Of a DNA stretch of 64,000 nucleotides, positions 59,651 through 64,000 are shown one piece after another (position 1 is the first letter of the stretch; each line of letters starts with the position of its first letter). The translations under genes and the position numbers were made by a program. Under the pieces are notes generated by a model, which worked only from the letters and a program-made list of their open reading frames with translations, was not told the origin of the DNA and ran no database searches. This stretch comes from an uncultured Verrucomicrobiota bacterium (GTDB lineage: Bacteria; Verrucomicrobiota; Verrucomicrobiia; Limisphaerales; SXQI01). Location of the stretch: NCBI GenBank assembly GCA_964478815.1, contig CAYZKY010000009.1, positions 5,182 through 69,181 on the forward strand, read 5' to 3'.

Positions 59651-60774
59651 ACCGTTGTCGCCACTCGCCGGTGCGAACCGTTCGTTCCCGTGGGGGCCGC
59701 GGTCCGGTGAGGAGCCGCCGGATTCGCTCCCGCCTCGGACGCATGGCCGGCCAGGTGCAGATGCACCGGCGCACCCTGCTGGCGGATCGATTCCGAAGAG
59801 GCCTCGAGAATCCGCACCAGCTCCATGCCGTGATGCCCATCCGTCAGCGGCTTGGTGCCGTTCTTGATGCTGTCGAGGAAATGCTGCGTTTCCACCTTCA
59901 GCGGTTCCTCCTGCTTCACGTACGGCACGTAAATGTCGCCGTAGTGGTACGAGTAGGTGAATTCGGCGAACGTGTTGTAATGCGGCGGACGGTCCACGCG
60001 CGCGTCGTAAATCTTGATCTTCTCCAGCGGCTCGACGTCATCGTAAACGATCATCCGGCGCGTCCCGACGATCGTCATTTCCCGAACCTTGCGCGGATCC
60101 AGCCAGCTATTGTGGATCGTCGCCATCTGGTTGTTCCGGAACGAGAGCGACATCGTCGTCACGTCCTCGATCCCCGGCGTCACATGGCAATTCCCCCGGC
60201 AATTCACGCTCACCGGCGCTTCATCCATGATGTACAGGATGATCGAAAGATCGTGCGGCGCGAGATCCCAGGCCACGTTGATGTCCCGCTGATACAAACC
60301 GAGGTTCAACCGGCGCGAGGCGATGTAGCGGATGGCTCCGAGATCGCCGTTCTTGATGATCTCCTTGATCTTCCGCACCGGCGAGGAATACAGAAACGTA
60401 TGGCCGACCATCAGCGTCAGCCCCTTCGCCTTCGCGATGGCATTCAATTCCTCGCATTCCGCCACCGAGGTCGCCATCGGCTTCTCGATAAAGGTGTGCT
60501 TGCCCGCTTCCAGCGCCTGCTTCGCCATCTTGTAATGGAAGCGCACCGGCGCGGCCACCACCACGGCCTCGATCGCCGTATCCGCCAGCATCCGGTCGAA
60601 ATCGGTCTCCGCGTGAACCTCGGGGTACAGAGACTTGAGCTGCTTTAAGCGCCCCTCGTCCTTGTCGCAGATGGTCTTGACGATGCAATCCGGCAAGGAT
60701 CGAAAATTCCGGATCAAATTCGGGCCCCAATAGCCGCACCCGACCACGCCGACCGTTACAGTTTTAGTTTTCAC
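59647..60774 (-). CDS. Gfo/Idh/MocA oxidoreductase (WbpB-like UDP-sugar 3-dehydrogenase)
   Basis: VGVVGCGYWGPN and FIEKPMA motifs. An unusual low-complexity C-terminal tail of about 45 aa overlaps the next gene's start. Confidence 0.75.
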   Translation of the reverse strand: MKTKTVTVGVVGCGYWGPNLIRNFRSLPDCIVKTICDKDEGRLKQLKSLYPEVHAETDFDRMLADTAIEAVVVAAPVRFHYKMAKQALEAGKHTFIEKPMATSVAECEELNAIAKAKGLTLMVGHTFLYSSPVRKIKEIIKNGDLGAIRYIASRRLNLGLYQRDINVAWDLAPHDLSIILYIMDEAPVSVNCRGNCHVTPGIEDVTTMSLSFRNNQMATIHNSWLDPRKVREMTIVGTRRMIVYDDVEPLEKIKIYDARVDRPPHYNTFAEFTYSYHYGDIYVPYVKQEEPLKVETQHFLDSIKNGTKPLTDGHHGMELVRILEASSESIRQQGAPVHLHLAGHASEAGANPAAPHRTAAPTGTNGSHRRVATTV

Positions 60775-61621
60775 AAGTCTCTTTCTTGTTTTTGTTGCTT
60801 CGAGTTTCCTTCAGTTGCGAAAGCAGCACCGGAAATGTCCGCAGCATGATCTTGAAGTCCAGCCACGGCGAAGAGCGCCGGGCGTACTTGATATCGAGCT
60901 GGATCATTTCGGTGAAAGTCGTGCGATTCTTTCCGCTCACCTGCCACAAGCCCGTCAGCCCCGGCAGCGCGTCGAATCGCTCCTTGTGCCACGGCTCGTA
61001 ATGCTCGTACTCGTACGGCGTGCACGGCCGCGGCCCGACGATGCTCATTTCCCCTTTCAGCACGTTGATGAGCTGCGGCAACTCGTCCAGGCCGCTCGAA
61101 CGCAGAATCCTTCCAAAGGGAATCAAGCGCGGATCTCCATTCTTATCCATCTTCGTCATCGGCGCGTCGGACTTAATCAAAGATTTCAAATGATCCTGGT
61201 GTACCCCGGTGTCCGCGTTCACTTTCATCGTCCGGAATTTCAGGCAATTAAAGGGCCGCCCCTTGTACCCGACCCGCTCCTGGCGGAAAAAAACCGGCCC
61301 GGGCGACACCACCTTGATCGCCGCCGCGATCAGGAGCATCAGCGGAAACGCCGCCGGCAGCGCGGCCAGCAAGCACAAGCAATCCTGCACCCGCTTCCAC
61401 AGCGGGGCTCGCGGCTTGGCGGCGCTTTCTCCAGCGGAAGCGTTAGGACTTTCCAACATCTTCGCCTGCAATAATCCCGTCTCCGCTCCCATTGGGCCTG
61501 CCGTTTTCATCGTGCCCCGCGGCGCGCTCCCGGCCCTCGCCGGGTTCCCTGATGGATCGCTCGCTTTGGCATCTTGCTTCGTTTCCTGCCCAGCTTTGGA
61601 ACCCGGTGGCGCGCCGCCCAA
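60764..61621 (-). CDS. polyprenyl-phosphate sugar-1-phosphate transferase (bacterial sugar transferase family, priming enzyme)
   Basis: VSPGPVFFRQERVG, LDELPQL and MSIVGPRP motifs. Start is uncertain (61621, 61510 or 61459). Confidence 0.85.
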   Translation of the reverse strand: MGGAPPGSKAGQETKQDAKASDPSGNPARAGSAPRGTMKTAGPMGAETGLLQAKMLESPNASAGESAAKPRAPLWKRVQDCLCLLAALPAAFPLMLLIAAAIKVVSPGPVFFRQERVGYKGRPFNCLKFRTMKVNADTGVHQDHLKSLIKSDAPMTKMDKNGDPRLIPFGRILRSSGLDELPQLINVLKGEMSIVGPRPCTPYEYEHYEPWHKERFDALPGLTGLWQVSGKNRTTFTEMIQLDIKYARRSSPWLDFKIMLRTFPVLLSQLKETRSNKNKKETCEN

Positions 61622-61767
61622 TCGGCGCCGCCGCCGGACTAATTCCGAACGCTTGGGACAAGGCTCCGCACTTGGTCGAGGTAATCACCCCACCTCCAAA
61701 TCGTTTCTGGCGCGGCATGTCTCAGTCCCAGTCCCCCATCGCATCCCCTCAGCCGTGAATCGGCTCC

Positions 61768-61783
61768 TGGCACTCCTGATGCA
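61768..61783 (+). promoter_or_regulatory. sigma-54 -24/-12-like box TGGCAC-N5-ATGCA, on the strand opposite to the EPS operon
   Basis: Matches the TGGCAC-N5-TTGCA consensus at 10 of 11 fixed positions, with GG and GC correctly spaced. It lies in the 723-bp intergenic leader. No convincing plus-strand gene lies downstream. Confidence 0.35.
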
Positions 61784-61833
61784 CTAATATTTGTCGGCGA
61801 AGCACTTCCAAGTTTCAATCCAGAGCCATTATC

Positions 61834-61919
61834 TTATCCTGACAACACCCAACAAAGGCTTATCTTGAGGCGACAATTTATCGAATCGCGACAGGCTGGC
61901 TTATCGAAACGCGACAGGC
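61834..61919. promoter_or_regulatory. array of four TTATC-N(2-5)-G(C)GACA units, including two near-identical 19-mers
   Basis: ttatcgaatcgcgacaggc (61878-61896) and ttatcgaaacgcgacaggc (61901-61919) match at 18/19 with a 23-bp period. Degenerate units start at 61834 and 61860. Confidence 0.5.
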
Positions 61920-62036
61920 CCGAATGCCCATTCGAAAACCTTTTGCGTCGGAATAAAAAGAAGAAGGGGGTGGAATTGCGGAAAGAAGAGGCTCCGCGGA
62001 CCTGGCGCATCGCGATTCACGCGATGCCAGAACCGA

Positions 62037-62213
62037 TCACATGCCGGCCAAGGCGGCCACGCCCGCGGCGGTGACCACCTCGGTGTCGTGCGCCGCCGGA
62101 GCCCGGCTCGCTTCGAATTCCGGCATCGGCCGCTTCGCCGCCGCTGCCACTGCCAGCATTCCGGCCAGCCCGGCCGTGCTCACCGCTGCGTAGATTATCA
62201 AACCAATCATCAT
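62037..62213 (-). CDS. possible 58-aa small membrane protein (below the ORF-track cutoff)
   Basis: My translation is MMIGLIIYAAVSTAGLAGMLAVAAAAKRPMPEFEASRAPAAHDTEVVTAAGVAALAGM*. One clear TM helix, no obvious RBS. A hairpin at 62007-62027 lies 10 nt after the stop. Confidence 0.25.
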   Translation of the reverse strand: MMIGLIIYAAVSTAGLAGMLAVAAAAKRPMPEFEASRAPAAHDTEVVTAAGVAALAGM

Positions 62214-62344
62214 GGCTTGCTTATAGCATCGGCCATGCCCGTCTCAGGGTTGAGAAGATTTCTATCCCCAGGAACAATGCTCTCCCCGCGCCTCCCTCCA
62301 GCCCGGCCCAACCCGGCAAATCCTGCCCAAAATCCCCCGCCCAC

Positions 62345-62890
62345 TCACGCCGCCGACTCATTCACCAAATAGCTCGGGTTCACAATCACGGAAGTGGCGC
62401 GCCCGAGCAACTCCAGCAACACTTCCACCCGCTGATAGGGGTTCAGCACCCGCAACACCGAAGCGCGCATCCCTTGGAACGGCCCATCCCCGATAATGAC
62501 CGAATCCCCCGGCTCCACATGCTCGTCCCGCTCGCACACCTCCTCCTGCCCGTACGTCTCCCGCAAATCCGCGATCACCGCGTCCGGCACTTGGGGAACT
62601 TTGTCGCCGAAATGCACCAGGCTGCTCACGCTCGGGCTGTACCGCACCTTCTCGAATCCCGTGCGGAAATCGAACCGGGCGAAGAAATAGTTTGGAAAGA
62701 GCGGCTCCACGAAGGTCACCACCCCCCGCCGCGTGGCGCGCCGGATGCGCGTCCGGGGGCAGAACACCTCCAACCCCGCCAGGCGGCCAAGCTGCGCCGC
62801 GGCGATATGCTCCCGTTTCGGTTGGGACCGCACACAATACCATGCGATGACTTCCTCCACTTCCCGACCCGGCTCTTCCGAATGCATCAT
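62345..62890 (-). CDS. NusG-paralogue transcription antiterminator (RfaH/UpxY-like)
   Basis: NGN domain (WYCVRSQPKREHIAAAQL...EVFCP...PLFPNYFFARF) and KOW motif (GDSVIIGDGPFQGMRASV). Sits at the head of the polysaccharide gene run. Confidence 0.8.
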   Translation of the reverse strand: MMHSEEPGREVEEVIAWYCVRSQPKREHIAAAQLGRLAGLEVFCPRTRIRRATRRGVVTFVEPLFPNYFFARFDFRTGFEKVRYSPSVSSLVHFGDKVPQVPDAVIADLRETYGQEEVCERDEHVEPGDSVIIGDGPFQGMRASVLRVLNPYQRVEVLLELLGRATSVIVNPSYLVNESAA

Positions 62891-63075
62891 GGCTCACGCC
62901 CTGCCCCCCTCCTCGGGGCGGACAAGCCAACTTTGGCTGCACCGCTCGAATCTGCAACCAGATTGTTTCACCGGTCCGGCGCCCAGAGAATTTGGTTCAC
63001 TTCAGCACCCGGCATGCCGATAACATCTTCGACAAGGGCGCACCGAAGCGCCTCGCCAGATCAAACAGAATAGCA

Positions 63076-63104
63076 TTGACAGAATCCGGCTCGGTTCCTA
63101 AAAG
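63076..63104 (+). promoter_or_regulatory. sigma-70-like promoter for the AraC-type gene (TTGACA-17 nt-TAAAAG)
   Basis: A perfect -35 hexamer with a 17-nt spacer and a 4/6 match at -10. It ends 30 nt upstream of ATG 63134. Confidence 0.4.
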
Positions 63105-63133
63105 GGACGTCCAACTGTACTACAAAGGCGTAT

Positions 63134-63520
63134 ATGAGTCAGCGATTGAGTATAATTCAGGAGTGGCAAGCTCTGGCCCACCAGGCCCAGTTCAGAGCGC
63201 ATGAGCTTGCCGATCTTTGCCAGGTGTCCCTGCGCACGTTGCAGCGGCATTTCCGGCAAAACTACGGCCTCACCGTCAGCAAGTGGCTGAGGGATATCCG
63301 GCTGCGGCAGGCTTACAACCACCTCTTGCACGGCTCGACCGTGAAGGAAGTGGCCTACAGCCTCGGCTACAAGCAGCTCTCCCACTTCTCCCGCGATTTC
63401 AAAGATTATTTCGGCGTCTCTCCCAGCTATCTGCTCGGCTCTCCCAAGATCACCGAGTTCCCGAGCGCCGATTTCATCTCTTCGGTGCCCGTCGCGGCGG
63501 AACAAGCCCTCGCCGTTTAG
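63134..63520 (+). CDS. AraC/XylS-type helix-turn-helix protein (DNA-binding domain only)
   Basis: LRTLQRHFRQNYGLTVSKWLRDIRLRQA...GYKQLSHFSRDFKDYFGVSP is a typical double HTH_18 domain. At 128 aa it has no sensor domain. Confidence 0.8.
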   Translation: MSQRLSIIQEWQALAHQAQFRAHELADLCQVSLRTLQRHFRQNYGLTVSKWLRDIRLRQAYNHLLHGSTVKEVAYSLGYKQLSHFSRDFKDYFGVSPSYLLGSPKITEFPSADFISSVPVAAEQALAV

Positions 63521-63549
63521 GCCAGTTCCACCCGCCGATCCGCCGCCCC

Positions 63550-63831
63550 CTATCGGCCGGTCTGGTCGGTCGTCAAAATCCGCTCGATCCAGCGCTCGCA
63601 CGACAACGCGACCGCCCGGCTTGAGTTTTGCCGCAAGCGGAACAGGGTCGCCAGCAGCACATCCTGAACGACCTTGTCGGAATCGATCGCCGGCAGAGGC
63701 AGCGGAGCCGGCATCGCGGCCAATGGGCCGCTTCCGCCACCTTTAATACCTGCTGCATTCCTCCTTCCGAACCCGCTCTCGCCCCGGACTTTCGTCCCCA
63801 AGGCGAACGGAGTGTTCCTGTGTCGCTTCAT
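63550..63831 (-). CDS. hypothetical small protein (93 aa)
   Basis: ATG 63831 is preceded by AAGGAG at about 9-nt spacing. No recognisable motif. The longer ORF to 63909 lacks an RBS. Confidence 0.4.
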   Translation of the reverse strand: MKRHRNTPFALGTKVRGESGFGRRNAAGIKGGGSGPLAAMPAPLPLPAIDSDKVVQDVLLATLFRLRQNSSRAVALSCERWIERILTTDQTGR

Positions 63832-64000
63832 AGCTGCGACTCCTTGCAAGCTTATTTCGAGCCAACTCCCCCAATAAGCGTTACGGATGGCTCTTCCACT
63901 GTCGCGCATCGGGTTGAAGAACGAGAGGCGGCCGATCCCGGACCAAGCTTGAAAATGTTGTCAGCGAACGATTTGAGAGAGTTTCCATGGTCCCATCCCT

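Noticed and set aside
61865-62372. Plus-strand ORFs 61865-62074 and 62088-62372 downstream of the sigma-54-like box
   Set aside because: They have non-ATG starts and Arg/Pro-rich low-complexity products, they run through the tandem repeats, and they overlap the 3' end of the NusG-like gene. They are not credible as coding.

Overview
High-GC (about 65-70% by eye) bacterial chromosome segment. The gene content suggests a PVC-type (Verrucomicrobiota-like) organism, though that is inference only. The window has three parts. (1) 1-6.5 kb holds housekeeping and envelope genes: uppP, a VanZ-like gene, comEC and a secreted amidohydrolase, followed by an 825-bp G-rich non-coding spacer. (2) 6.5-10.9 kb holds a DNA-polymerase-beta-type nucleotidyltransferase (NTase) gene. 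It is followed by an abrupt low-GC three-gene cassette (two unknown proteins plus a ComEC-type metallo-beta-lactamase-fold (MBL) hydrolase), a short remnant of a probable second NTase gene, and about 1 kb of repeat- and hairpin-rich DNA. (3) 10.9-62.9 kb is one almost uninterrupted run of about 45 genes, all on the minus strand, forming a PEP-CTERM/exosortase exopolysaccharide (EPS) megalocus. It contains prsR-prsK-prsT, an exosortase and a beta-barrel outer-membrane protein. It also contains PAPS synthesis genes (cysD, cysNC, cysQ) with a sulfotransferase, heptose genes, Wzx/Wzy/Wzc-like proteins and many glycosyltransferases. Further members are AsnB-type and FemAB-type enzymes, deacetylase-like proteins, MBOAT/SGNH O-acylation genes and a WbpB/E/D-like diacetamido-sugar module. 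A priming sugar transferase and a NusG/UpxY-like antiterminator sit at the head of the run. No rRNA, tRNA, CRISPR array, integrase or transposase was recognised. The most unusual items are the low-GC MBL cassette, the sulfation and amidation chemistry implied for the polysaccharide, and the structured leader between the NusG-like gene and the priming transferase. All family calls rest on motifs read by eye from the translations; nothing was searched against a database.
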